The notes beneath the pieces were generated by a model. It was not told where the DNA came from. It was given only the letters and a program-made list of their open reading frames with translations, and ran no database searches. A DNA stretch of 64,000 nucleotides from Oxyplasma meridianum (GTDB lineage: Archaea; Thermoplasmatota; Thermoplasmata; Thermoplasmatales; Thermoplasmataceae), in the NCBI RefSeq assembly GCF_038024865.1, contig NZ_CP133772.1:8131-72130 (forward strand), in the 5' to 3' direction. A program made the position numbers and the translations under genes. Numbering within the stretch: position 1 is the first letter of the stretch; every line of letters begins with the position of its first letter. Shown one piece after another: positions 19,119 through 28,524 of the stretch.

Positions 19119-19442
19119 GAGGGGGAATGCCTGGAATAAGCCCCTTTCTGTTCACCTTTGCAGGGTGGCAACATTCGACTGTATGGCCATAGGCCTGCGT
19201 CTTACCTGACCCTCACAGTGGTCTCATAGGGTCTGTTTAGACTTTCTCCACCCAGGGAGAGTTCCCATCGGTACTCCGGGAAACGTCAAATTTTCTTATC
19301 ATACTTTACCCGGAACCGTTTATTTCTTTTCTCTTTACCATCCCTCTCGGAATGTCGGCTTGCGCCGGCTGGGTTCCACTGCGGAGAGGGGACTTTCCTC
19401 ACTCCATTGGAGCGTCAGTTGCCCTCAGGCTTTCCCCAGAAT
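19119..19442 (-). ncRNA. rnpB: RNase P RNA (archaeal type A-like)
   Basis: The minus strand contains 'GAGGAAAGTCCCC' (CR-I, P4 5' strand) and 'ACAGAAAGGGGCTTA' (CR-V, P4 3' strand) with the P4 covariation CCCC/GGGG. Terminal P1 pairing is 'GGGGAAAGCCTG'/'CAGGCATTCCCC'. The stretch is GC-rich and non-coding, with an AT-rich TATA-like sequence about 25-35 nt upstream. Confidence 0.75.
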
Positions 19443-19640
19443 AGAATTGCTTATACATTCTTTATATTTGTCTAAAAACCAAATATGCACGCAGTGGCAG
19501 ATCTAAAAGTCCAAACAATTACAAAAATTGCAGATATGGTTCTTAGAAATCATTCACAAACGGTGAATTTCTGTGTTTCTTTTATATTGGTGAACATTTG
19601 TACCAAAAATAAGTTATCCTGCATTAATGATTATGAGAGG

Positions 19641-21455
19641 ATGATTAGCAAAATAGTAATCTTTGGAATACTGTCGGTTCTGGTGCTGAGTAGTGTCTCA
19701 ATGGCAGCTTCAGGGCAGCCTGTAAATACTGGCGGAGAGGCGCCAATGGGAAACTACAATTTCCAACTGGCAGGCAACTCAACGCTTAGGGACCTGACAT
19801 ACAGCAGCGATGGGATCACATCAATGCTGGCTTACAATATTACAGTTGATGGAGTTAATAATCTTAAAATTCCAAGCAATGTGGGAATCGACAAGATATC
19901 AACTTCAAACATGACGGTGATCTCAATGGAACAGATGCACACTCTTGTGGTCTTAACTGAAAGCGGATTAAATTCAGAAAGCGGATTAAATTCAGAAAGC
20001 GGATTAAATTCAGAAGCTAAAATCGTGGTCAATCTGACATCTCAACCAATTGAGTTAAAGAACAATTTGAAAATTGAATTTCAATCACAGGTAGGCAACA
20101 TGCTGAGTTCTGATATGAATAATCAGAGTTCCACCTCGATGAATGTATTTGAGATTTCAAATGGAAGCTTTCTGGGCTACCTATTTACCAATGGCAAAAC
20201 GACACTTTCTAACAACAACACTACCATCACAGCCAAAAATGACAACTCTCTGGTCGCGGGATTTGTTTCAAACGGCAATTTCAAGAGCATTTTGAAAAAC
20301 TATTTCAGCAAACATAAGAACCATGAACAATTCAAATACAACGAAACAACAGGACTTATGTCAGGTAGCTTTGTAAACTTTACATTCAACAGCAGCACAC
20401 ATGTAATATCTAACTTTACCTCACGCATTGGAAACAATACTGATATATTCCAGAACATTAGTGCAAATGGCAATGGGACAATTGGGGCTTCTTCACGGGT
20501 GCCTCCATTCAAAATCAACGAACCTCTGAATATTGGAAGCATATTCTTTTATGCAAATAATTCTTACACATATGTAATACACAACAATCCCTCTATAGAA
20601 TCCAATTTCTTCGTGGACAATGGCACTATGACGTTCAACGTCTCTCCTGGTCTCAAGATTTCAGAACACAATATAAATTACGGGTTCAATAAAACAATGA
20701 ATGTTTCGGAAGCGTTTCAAAACAGCAGTATTGCAGCTAACGTAACTCTTGGGTTAAACCATTCTTATCTTGTTTCGAGAACATCTGTAATAGTATCGGG
20801 ACATGGTTACTTCGGCATCATGTCAATCAGGGGAGGAAAGGTTACAATATCCGGAAATAAAATCTCAGTAGCTACATCCGGACTTGCAGGTATCTCCATG
20901 GTTTCCCCTCCTGGATTGCAGATGGTAAACAGTTCTCTGGAAGCGGGATTTATGAATTCCATCACCAGCGGAAAATTAGCCGGGCAGATGGATATCAGCA
21001 ATTATAACGGCAGTTCATCAAACATGTCAATATTCTTCAACAGTTCCCTGAGAATGAATATTACTTCAGTGCAGAAAGGAAAAGTAACTGTGGAGGTAGG
21101 ATCAAGCCAGCACAAAGGAACTAGCATTTCAATTTATATTTCAGATAAATTCATATCAAACACAGGTAAAATTTATGTAACATTTGACGGTAAATCTGCA
21201 ATACTAAGCTCAATTAACGGAACGCTGAATGTAAATTCCACCATATCGGCCTACTATACCACGATACAGGAAAATTCTGGAACAGTATTGATCATACACA
21301 TACCTCATTTCTCAAATCACACTATTGTGGTATCCAGTACACCTTCTGTAACTCCACCATCCTCTACCATAATAGACTATGAAATTGTGGGCGGAATTGC
21401 TGCATTGGTTATCATAGGGATTCTAGCAGGACTTTTAATCAGGAAAAAGCATTGA
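19641..21455 (+). CDS. Cell-surface (S-layer-like) glycoprotein with signal peptide and C-terminal TM anchor
   Basis: Signal peptide 'MISKIVIFGILSVLVLSSVSMAAS', more than 30 N-x-S/T sequons, Ser/Thr/Asn-rich, and a C-terminal 'IVGGIAALVIIGILAGLLIRKKH' anchor. The longest ORF starts at 19485, but the signal peptide begins at Met 19641. Confidence 0.7.
   Translation: MISKIVIFGILSVLVLSSVSMAASGQPVNTGGEAPMGNYNFQLAGNSTLRDLTYSSDGITSMLAYNITVDGVNNLKIPSNVGIDKISTSNMTVISMEQMHTLVVLTESGLNSESGLNSESGLNSEAKIVVNLTSQPIELKNNLKIEFQSQVGNMLSSDMNNQSSTSMNVFEISNGSFLGYLFTNGKTTLSNNNTTITAKNDNSLVAGFVSNGNFKSILKNYFSKHKNHEQFKYNETTGLMSGSFVNFTFNSSTHVISNFTSRIGNNTDIFQNISANGNGTIGASSRVPPFKINEPLNIGSIFFYANNSYTYVIHNNPSIESNFFVDNGTMTFNVSPGLKISEHNINYGFNKTMNVSEAFQNSSIAANVTLGLNHSYLVSRTSVIVSGHGYFGIMSIRGGKVTISGNKISVATSGLAGISMVSPPGLQMVNSSLEAGFMNSITSGKLAGQMDISNYNGSSSNMSIFFNSSLRMNITSVQKGKVTVEVGSSQHKGTSISIYISDKFISNTGKIYVTFDGKSAILSSINGTLNVNSTISAYYTTIQENSGTVLIIHIPHFSNHTIVVSSTPSVTPPSSTIIDYEIVGGIAALVIIGILAGLLIRKKH
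19958..20011 (+). repeat. Perfect 3 x 18-bp tandem repeat (gaaagcggattaaattca) encoding (ESGLNS)3
   Basis: Three identical head-to-tail 18-mers inside the surface-protein CDS. Confidence 0.9.
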
Positions 21456-21495
21456 AATACCATCCATTTTTTAATTTTTAATATCTATTTTTACA
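21456..21495 (+). terminator. T-rich archaeal terminator-like tract after the surface-protein gene
   Basis: 'ccattttttaatttttaatatctattttt' immediately after the stop codon. Confidence 0.3.
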
Positions 21496-22130
21496 GCGGA
21501 GTTTCTTGATATAAGTATCTCTGCAAATTTTTTAGGCAGATATACGAGATCATTATCATGAAGATAGTAATTCTTTTCGGCCTGTGCAATCGGGGGCTGA
21601 TCTCCTATTATTCTGACAATAATATATGAATCTTTATCGTTTTCAATATCTCTGTCTAAGCCCGAATTTACATTTTCAACCTCCTCGGTTTTATGATCAG
21701 GCTCAGTTTTCTGATCATCTTTAATCTCAGGTTTTTTTTCTCTCCTCTTCATGAGTAAATGATCGTATTCATCCTGCATTGCATTATGCAGTTTAGTGAT
21801 GAATTCTTTCTCTTCCGGCGTAAGTAAATTCATAAGTTCTGTTTCCAAATCATATATGGAATAGGTTGCAATCTTTTCGAACCTCCTCTGGAAGAATGCC
21901 TTGAAATCCTTCTCAATTTCAGAAATTCTCTCCTTTGTCTGAATATACCCTGTTATATCCTGGTTAGACAGGTAATCTTCCGCATCTGAATTCAGGGATT
22001 CCAGAGCATTTACAATGACCTTGTAAAAATTGGACTCAATCTTCTTAATTTTCTTGGATTTTACCTCAACCCTCAGCACGGACTTAAGTTCCTCACTTAT
22101 TTTGTCCACCTGTGCAGGAGTTAAGCTCAT
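21471..22130 (-). CDS. Hypothetical acidic protein (possible GINS-family subunit)
   Basis: Helical N-half, acidic linker and a beta-rich C-terminal 'IVRIIGDQPPI...LVYLPKKFAEILISRNSAVKI' resemble archaeal Gins51 domain order. The assignment is weak. Confidence 0.35.
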   Translation of the reverse strand: MSLTPAQVDKISEELKSVLRVEVKSKKIKKIESNFYKVIVNALESLNSDAEDYLSNQDITGYIQTKERISEIEKDFKAFFQRRFEKIATYSIYDLETELMNLLTPEEKEFITKLHNAMQDEYDHLLMKRREKKPEIKDDQKTEPDHKTEEVENVNSGLDRDIENDKDSYIIVRIIGDQPPIAQAEKNYYLHDNDLVYLPKKFAEILISRNSAVKIDIKN

Positions 22131-22410
22131 GGTTTGACATAGATAACGAGGATATAAAAATCATTTCTTGTGGAATAATTCTGACATGCATTCCATGGAA
22201 AGCGATTGTATGTTTGTGCTTTAACGAGTTATGATCAATCTCCTCATCAATCAGGCATCCTTTACTCCACTTTCTAAAGGCATGAATTCTGGAATGCATT
22301 TCCTTGCACTTATCAATATACTGTGCTCTCTGTTAAACCAATTGCATTCCTTTTCGTTTCAAACACATTACAAGGCAATTAACTTTCGCGATCATAACTA
22401 CCTGTAAATA

Positions 22411-23262
22411 TCATTTGGTTCTGGCATCAATGGAACCTTTCCCAAAGACCTTTTCCGGAGTTGTAATAAATATATTCTCAAGTATTGAATAGCTGTTTTC
22501 ATACTCTCCCATTATAAGCTTTGCCCGGAGTGGCACAGAGTTTGCGGGTATGACTTTCCCCGGTTTGTATTTATCGTCAACGTAGTCAGTCTCTAACATG
22601 AAATTTTTCCCTGCTGCTATGGAATCCCTAACATTTTTCCTGGTAGCTAGAATTGATCGTGTAAGATTGGATCTGAAATATAGATCAGAGGGATACGCAT
22701 GGTGTTTTACAACCTTTACCGGGTTCAATCCTGATTTTAACACCAGTTTCTCCAAAGAGGAATATCCCTCCTCTTCCAGATCTTCAGTGTGAAGTATAAC
22801 TGGACAAGATAGATCTTTTGCAAGATCAAATGCATACGAAAGCATCATATCTGAAGAATCAACTATATTATTTTCGCACGGGAAATGTGGACGACCCACC
22901 TCACCAATGGCATCCGCCCTCCCTTCCCTGATGATCTTTGCTGCCATATCGAGTCCTTTCTTCATATTTTCTATGGGATCAAGTCCTGCATCCCTGAAGT
23001 AGAAATAGTCAAGAGGGTATGGGCCAAGGCTAATAAGTACTCTTATTTCTGTTTCTCTCTCTATTTTTTCTTTTATCCTTAGTGTCCTGTGATAAATTTC
23101 TTCGTAATAATCTGATGGATTCACTCTATAATCTAGAATATTTACAAGATTGAAGGCAGTACCGCCTGCCTTGGAGAATTCCCTGACAGCATCCATAAAG
23201 AAACCGTCTTCTCTCAGATGCATGTGATTGTCAAATACTATGGGGAATTTTTTTTCTGTCAT
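22411..23262 (-). CDS. TatD-family metal-dependent hydrolase
   Basis: 'IVFDNHMHLRE' N-terminal HxH and dispersed His/Glu/Asp of the TIM-barrel TatD family. Confidence 0.7.
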   Translation of the reverse strand: MTEKKFPIVFDNHMHLREDGFFMDAVREFSKAGGTAFNLVNILDYRVNPSDYYEEIYHRTLRIKEKIERETEIRVLISLGPYPLDYFYFRDAGLDPIENMKKGLDMAAKIIREGRADAIGEVGRPHFPCENNIVDSSDMMLSYAFDLAKDLSCPVILHTEDLEEEGYSSLEKLVLKSGLNPVKVVKHHAYPSDLYFRSNLTRSILATRKNVRDSIAAGKNFMLETDYVDDKYKPGKVIPANSVPLRAKLIMGEYENSYSILENIFITTPEKVFGKGSIDARTK

Positions 23263-23686
23263 CTTTAACCTAATAATTGGACAATCCTCATTCCATAAGG
23301 GAGGGGATTAAAGCTAAATGCCCATGTATATCTATGATATAGTATTTTGCCAACTGGCGGAAAGAACTGTAGTGAATCGGTTCACCTGTTGATCTATAAG
23401 TGCCTGTGCCCGTAAAGTTGAATGGCTGAATATTGGTGTGAGATTACTCCTGGTCTAGAGAAATTTATGTCCATGGAGGTTCCATTGGCAATCGTTTAAG
23501 CAAGAATCATACCAGAAAAAAAGGAGGAAATAACGTTTTGCTATTATTATTTCAATGGATGGTCTATTTTTGACGAATACAAACGTGAATAATGCCTTAA
23601 AAAATAATTACATTACTAAATAAAATTCCAACTGATCTAAGAAAACTTTTATTATTTAAAAGACCTAAGGAATGAAGGTGAATTAA

Positions 23687-24388
23687 ATGCAACAAGGTCA
23701 AATGGCTTACGATCGAGCTATCACTGTTTTTTCTCCAGACGGGAGACTATTTCAGGTTGAATATGCAAGAGAAGCAGTTAAGAAAGGGTCTACCGCTATA
23801 GGGATAAAATTCAAAAATGGAGTAGTTCTACTGTCTGACAAGAGAGTAAGGAGCAAGCTGGTAGAACAGAACTCGCTAGAGAAAATACAGCTTATTGATG
23901 ATACAGTGGCAACAGTTACCTCTGGGCTTGTTGCAGATGCAAGAGTTCTCATAGACTTTGCTAGAATTGGGGCTCAGCAGGAAAAGATAACTTATGGTTC
24001 TCTTGTTAACATAGAGAATCTGGTCAAGAGGATTGCAGATCAGATGCAGCAATATACACAATATGGAGGAGTAAGGCCATATGGCGTTTCCATGATAATA
24101 GCGGGGACAGATTCCATTGGGGCCAGACTCTTTGACTGCGATCCTGCAGGAACTATAAATGAATACAAAGCAGCTGCTATAGGCATAGGAAAAGACGCAG
24201 TGAACAATTATCTGGAAAAAGAGTACAAGGATGATATGTCGGAATCAGATGCAGTAACTCTTGGAATAAAAGCTCTCAAGGCGTCAGTGGAAGACCCGGC
24301 AGACTTTAAACCTCCAGAAGTTGCAACAATTAGCGTTGGAAACAAAATCAGAATTTTTACAAAGGAAGAGGTAGAAAAATACCTCTAA
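23687..24388 (+). CDS. psmA: Proteasome alpha subunit
   Basis: '[36 protein letters not shown]..' is near-identical to the Thermoplasma 20S proteasome alpha N-terminus (recalled from memory); 233 aa. Confidence 0.95.
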   Translation: MQQGQMAYDRAITVFSPDGRLFQVEYAREAVKKGSTAIGIKFKNGVVLLSDKRVRSKLVEQNSLEKIQLIDDTVATVTSGLVADARVLIDFARIGAQQEKITYGSLVNIENLVKRIADQMQQYTQYGGVRPYGVSMIIAGTDSIGARLFDCDPAGTINEYKAAAIGIGKDAVNNYLEKEYKDDMSESDAVTLGIKALKASVEDPADFKPPEVATISVGNKIRIFTKEEVEKYL

Positions 24389-24456
24389 TAATTTATCCTG
24401 TAAATTTCCTATAATTGAATGAAATAATTTTAATTCTATCTTGATATTATCTCGCC

Positions 24457-25155
24457 ATGGTTAAGCTTGAGGATTCTATAGTAGCGCGGTTTGAATCCCA
24501 TGGGCATAAGTTTGAGATATTAGTTGATCCAGATGCAACAGATCGAATAAAAGAGGGTAAAGTAGATTTAGAAACCGATCTTGCTTTGGATGAAATATTC
24601 AAGGATGCCAACAAAGGTGAAAAAGCAGGGGAAGAGACTCTAAAAGAAGTTTTCAAAACCACAGATGTGGCTCAAATTGCCATAGAGATAGTACGTAGAG
24701 GGCAGATACAGTTAACAACAGAGCAGAGACATGCAATGCTGGAGAAGAAGAGGAAGCAGATAATAGATATTATCTCCAGGGAGTCTATAAACCCGCAGAC
24801 AAATGCCCCTCACCCTCCAGCAAGGATTTCACAGGCAATAGATGAAGCAAAGATTCACATAGATCCTTTCAAGAGCGCTGGCGATCAGATACAGGCTGTA
24901 CTAAAAGGCATAAGGGTTTTGATTCCCATAAGGTTCGAGAAAACCAAGATCGCCATAAAACTCACTGGAGACGCATATGGCAAGGTATACGGTGATATAG
25001 TGAGGACCGGATATCTCATAAAAGAGGAATGGGGAAAGGACGGTTCATGGGTTGGTGTGATTGAAGTGCCCTCCGGTATTCAAGGAGATATAATCAGCTC
25101 GCTTACCAGGAAAGCCAAGGACAATATCGAAGTTAAAATAATGAAAGGTAAATAG
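24457..25155 (+). CDS. sdo1: SBDS/Sdo1-family ribosome maturation protein
   Basis: 'VVARFESHGHKFEILVDPD' FYSH domain. It follows psmA as in the archaeal exosome superoperon. Confidence 0.85.
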   Translation: MVKLEDSIVARFESHGHKFEILVDPDATDRIKEGKVDLETDLALDEIFKDANKGEKAGEETLKEVFKTTDVAQIAIEIVRRGQIQLTTEQRHAMLEKKRKQIIDIISRESINPQTNAPHPPARISQAIDEAKIHIDPFKSAGDQIQAVLKGIRVLIPIRFEKTKIAIKLTGDAYGKVYGDIVRTGYLIKEEWGKDGSWVGVIEVPSGIQGDIISSLTRKAKDNIEVKIMKGK

Positions 25156-25937
25156 GCTTCCCGATTATTTCAAAAATTCTTTTTAAGATTAAACAGTGCC
25201 TTAACATGACATGATCTGCACAGTAAGCGATTGAAGTTTCTCGCTTTTTCTTTCTTTTCGCATTCTTCCTTCACTGTCCGGGGGTTTTGTGATAGATTTT
25301 TTATAAGTTTTAAGGCCCATCCAATCCTGAATGTTGCCTCTTCAGGTGTATCAGTGATCTCCCTGCATGAACTCTTGAACCATTACGTGAACTATTAGTT
25401 ACTTTCCCCTCTTTGATCTCCCCCGTTAATCTAATATAGGTGCATCCCTGTCCCCTGGCAATCAGTATATGCCTTTATCCCTCCCTTTCCTGGGTTGCAG
25501 AACGGAGATATTGCCAATTTTGCATAGAAGTTCTTTCCAATCAGTCTTCTGTTGAGAATTTCATTTGCATTAGTTACTCATGGATCAGTATACGTGCATA
25601 ATCCTGCATGCATTGGATTATTGGATATCTTGATCACTTCATCCACATGGCAGGATCAGTGGCTTTCGTGCTTGAAAATGTTTGTAAAATGGGGTTGCAG
25701 ACTCTTTATGTGCCATTGGACGTTGTGTATTTGAGACGTTTTTCCTTCATGGTTTGCTGAAAAAAATAATATATGTACTTCATATAGGGATATTGTCAGG
25801 TGATGATAAGGGTTAGAGTAATGGTGCTTTTGAGCAGATTCATTTAAATTTTATAATATATGTTTAAACAATATCATAAACAGAAAGTTTTAAATTTAAC
25901 TGCTTGAACCATCCATGAACAATAGAGAGGTGAAATA

Positions 25938-26609
25938 ATGGCAGAAATTAAGCAAATAGTTATGCCCGGCGATCTCATAAGTGAGGATCTGGGAAAACCA
26001 AGAAATGGGGTTTATAAAAATAGTGATGGCATGTACTGTTCTTCATACTTTGGTATTATACAGAAGAATGATCAGGGAATTGATGTGGTTCCATTTTCCG
26101 GAAGATATACCCCAAGGAGAGGGGATAAGGTTATAGGAAAAGTTCTTGAGGTGGGTCCGTCAATGTGGCCCGTTGATATAAACTCAACATATAACACTCT
26201 TCTTCATATGAACGACACTCCATGGAGAACAACCTCAGGTGACATAAAGAGATTTCTTGGGGTGGGAGACTATGTCTATGCCAAGATCATGGCTCTCAAC
26301 GAAATAAAGGAAAGCTGGATAACACTTAAGGACGTTGGACTTAGGAAACTCGAAGGTGGGCACATAACATCAATTCCAGCTCCTAAAGTACCAAGGATCA
26401 TAGGGAAAGGCGGTTCCATGGTAAACATGATAAAAGATGCCACCAATACCCGGATAGTTGTAGGGCAAAACGGACTTATATGGATCGATGGAACGCCTGA
26501 AGACGTGATCGAGGCAATAGCTGCAATAAGTATCGTTGAGCAGGAAGCACACACAATTGGGCTTACAGATAGAATGGAAAAATACCTGAAAGAAAAGTCG
26601 GTGAAATAA
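25938..26609 (+). CDS. rrp4: Exosome complex RNA-binding subunit Rrp4 (S1 + KH)
   Basis: N-terminal domain 'VMPGDLI', S1 'GDKVIGKV', KH '[12 protein letters not shown]'. Confidence 0.85.
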   Translation: MAEIKQIVMPGDLISEDLGKPRNGVYKNSDGMYCSSYFGIIQKNDQGIDVVPFSGRYTPRRGDKVIGKVLEVGPSMWPVDINSTYNTLLHMNDTPWRTTSGDIKRFLGVGDYVYAKIMALNEIKESWITLKDVGLRKLEGGHITSIPAPKVPRIIGKGGSMVNMIKDATNTRIVVGQNGLIWIDGTPEDVIEAIAAISIVEQEAHTIGLTDRMEKYLKEKSVK

Positions 26610-27349
26610 TGGGATCAGAAAGTAACATTAAATTATTGGATGAAAATGGAATAAGGCTGGATGGGAGAACCCCGGAACAGCTTAGACCAATAAAAATAGA
26701 AACGAACTTGCTGGAAAGAGCTGATGGATCAGCCTATATTGAATGGGGCGGAAATAAGATAATGGTGGCCGTCTACGGACCAAGAGAGGCATATCCCAAG
26801 CACACACAGGACATTGAGAAAGCTGTAGTGAAAGCAAGATACAATATGGCTGCATTCAGTGTGGATGAGAGAAAACGGCCAGGTCCTGATAGAAGATCAG
26901 TAGAAATATCAAAGGTCATATCTGAGGCATTGAGTTCCGCCATTATGGTGGAGCAGTTTCCCAGGGCACAGATAGACGTTTTTATTGAAGTTATGCAGGC
27001 TGATGCAGGTACTAGAATTGCCGGCTTAACTGCAGCATCAGTCGCGGTGGCATCCGCAGGTATTCCCATGAGAGATATGGTGGTTGGATGCACTGCAGGA
27101 AAGGTAGAGGGAAAAGTTGTTCTTGATCTCTCCAAGGAGGAGGATAATTTTGGGCAGGCTGATCTTCCAATTGCTGTTTTATCCAAAAGCAAGAGAATAG
27201 TGCTGATTCAAATGGATGGGGATTTAAGCTTGGAAGAATTTGAACAGGCATCGGGAATGATCATGAAAGCGACTGACAATATAGCAGAAATACAGCGTAA
27301 TGCCCTTATAAATAGATATTCTGTTGAAAGCATAGGAGATGGTGAGTAA
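26609..27349 (+). CDS. rrp41: Exosome complex exonuclease Rrp41 (RNase PH domain)
   Basis: '[16 protein letters not shown]...[23 protein letters not shown]' RNase PH fold. The start overlaps the rrp4 stop (TAATG). Confidence 0.9.
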   Translation: MGSESNIKLLDENGIRLDGRTPEQLRPIKIETNLLERADGSAYIEWGGNKIMVAVYGPREAYPKHTQDIEKAVVKARYNMAAFSVDERKRPGPDRRSVEISKVISEALSSAIMVEQFPRAQIDVFIEVMQADAGTRIAGLTAASVAVASAGIPMRDMVVGCTAGKVEGKVVLDLSKEEDNFGQADLPIAVLSKSKRIVLIQMDGDLSLEEFEQASGMIMKATDNIAEIQRNALINRYSVESIGDGE

Positions 27350-28132
27350 ATGCCAAGAGATGCACTGGGAGTGCTTTCGGAAATTAAGAGAAGCTTTATT
27401 ATAAAACAGTTAAAGGACGGTAAGAGAGGCGACGGAAGAGGGCTACAGGATTTCAGGGAAGCCACAATAACAACCAATTATGTCCCAAGAGCTTCAGGAT
27501 CAGCAATGGTCAAGCTTGGAAGAACAAGAGTACTGGCCGGTGTAAAGATAGAATCCGGAGAGCCATTTCCAGATACCCCAAATTCTGGGGTACTTACCAC
27601 CAATGTCGAGCTTTTGCCAATGGCATTTCCAACGTTTGAAGCAGGTCCACCCAACGAAACCTCAATTGAAATTGCCAGAGTCGTTGACAGGGGGATAAGA
27701 GAAAGCAAGATGATCGATACCCAGAAACTTGTAATAGATCCCGGCAAGAAGGTGTGGATAGTTTTCGTTGATATCAACATAATGGATTTCGACGGAAATT
27801 TGATAGATGCATGTACGCTTGCTGCAGTTTCAGCTTTGAGAACGGCATTCATACCTGCCTCGAAAGAGGGTGGGAAAGATATCCCTCTGCCTGTTGATCA
27901 GATTCCAATCTCAGTTACCATGGTAAAAATTGGAGATAATCTGATATGTGATCCAGATCTGGAGGAGGAACAGCTTGGTTCTGCAAGGGTAACAGTTACA
28001 ACAACAGAGGATGGACATATACGGGCTATGCAGAAGGGTGACACAGGAAGCTTTACATTTGATGAGATAAAAAAAGCTATAAAGATATCAAGTGATACGG
28101 GTGCCACACTAAGGAAGAAATATTTCTCGTGA
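27350..28132 (+). CDS. rrp42: Exosome complex subunit Rrp42 (inactive RNase PH domain)
   Basis: RNase PH-like 'DGRGLQDFREATITTNYVPRASGSAMVKLGRTRVLAGVK'. It lies immediately after rrp41. Confidence 0.85.
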   Translation: MPRDALGVLSEIKRSFIIKQLKDGKRGDGRGLQDFREATITTNYVPRASGSAMVKLGRTRVLAGVKIESGEPFPDTPNSGVLTTNVELLPMAFPTFEAGPPNETSIEIARVVDRGIRESKMIDTQKLVIDPGKKVWIVFVDINIMDFDGNLIDACTLAAVSALRTAFIPASKEGGKDIPLPVDQIPISVTMVKIGDNLICDPDLEEEQLGSARVTVTTTEDGHIRAMQKGDTGSFTFDEIKKAIKISSDTGATLRKKYFS

Positions 28133-28138
28133 TGTAAA

Positions 28139-28396
28139 ATGTCAAGACGAACTATAAAAGTTGGAGCAGCAGGTCGTTTCGGTCCCAGATACGGGGTCAC
28201 AGTAAGGAAAGCCTGGAACGAAATAAACAAGCAAAAAATATTACTTTACACATGCCCGTCCTGCAAGAAAAAGAAAGTCGAAAGGGTTGCATCAGGAATA
28301 TGGCAATGCAGAAGTTGCAAATATAAATTCGCCGGAGGTTCATATAATCCTGAGTACAGCCAAAAGATTGTAACGGAGATAAGCCAGAATGTATAA
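28139..28396 (+). CDS. rpl37ae: Ribosomal protein L37Ae (eL43)
   Basis: '[15 protein letters not shown]', Zn ribbon 'CPSCKKKK...[13 protein letters not shown]'. Confidence 0.9.
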   Translation: MSRRTIKVGAAGRFGPRYGVTVRKAWNEINKQKILLYTCPSCKKKKVERVASGIWQCRSCKYKFAGGSYNPEYSQKIVTEISQNV

Positions 28397-28520
28397 ATGC
28401 ATAAGATGTGCAAGACCACTTGAAAAGTCATTCGGAACCGCTGAAATTGAATGCGAATGCGGTTCCCGTGTATTTATCAAGGAAAGGCAGAACATCGAGA
28501 AAACAATTATAGCAAGATAA
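28389..28520 (+). CDS. rpoP: DNA-directed RNA polymerase subunit P (RpoP/Rpb12 homologue), 43 aa
   Basis: Translation '[43 protein letters not shown]', a CxxC...CxC zinc ribbon. The start overlaps the rpl37ae stop (ATGTATAA), the canonical rpl37ae-rpoP arrangement. It is absent from the ORF track because it is shorter than 60 aa. Confidence 0.8.
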   Translation: MYKCIRCARPLEKSFGTAEIECECGSRVFIKERQNIEKTIIAR

Positions 28521-28524
28521 TAAT

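Noticed and set aside
19958-20011. Perfect 18-bp direct repeats, possible mini-CRISPR
   Set aside because: Only three units, contiguous with no spacers, in-frame inside a coding sequence, and with no cas genes nearby. It is a coding tandem repeat.
22093-22299. 68-aa ORF between the GINS-like gene and tatD
   Set aside because: Lies in a promoter-like AT-rich intergenic region, has a His-rich low-complexity sequence, and has no support.
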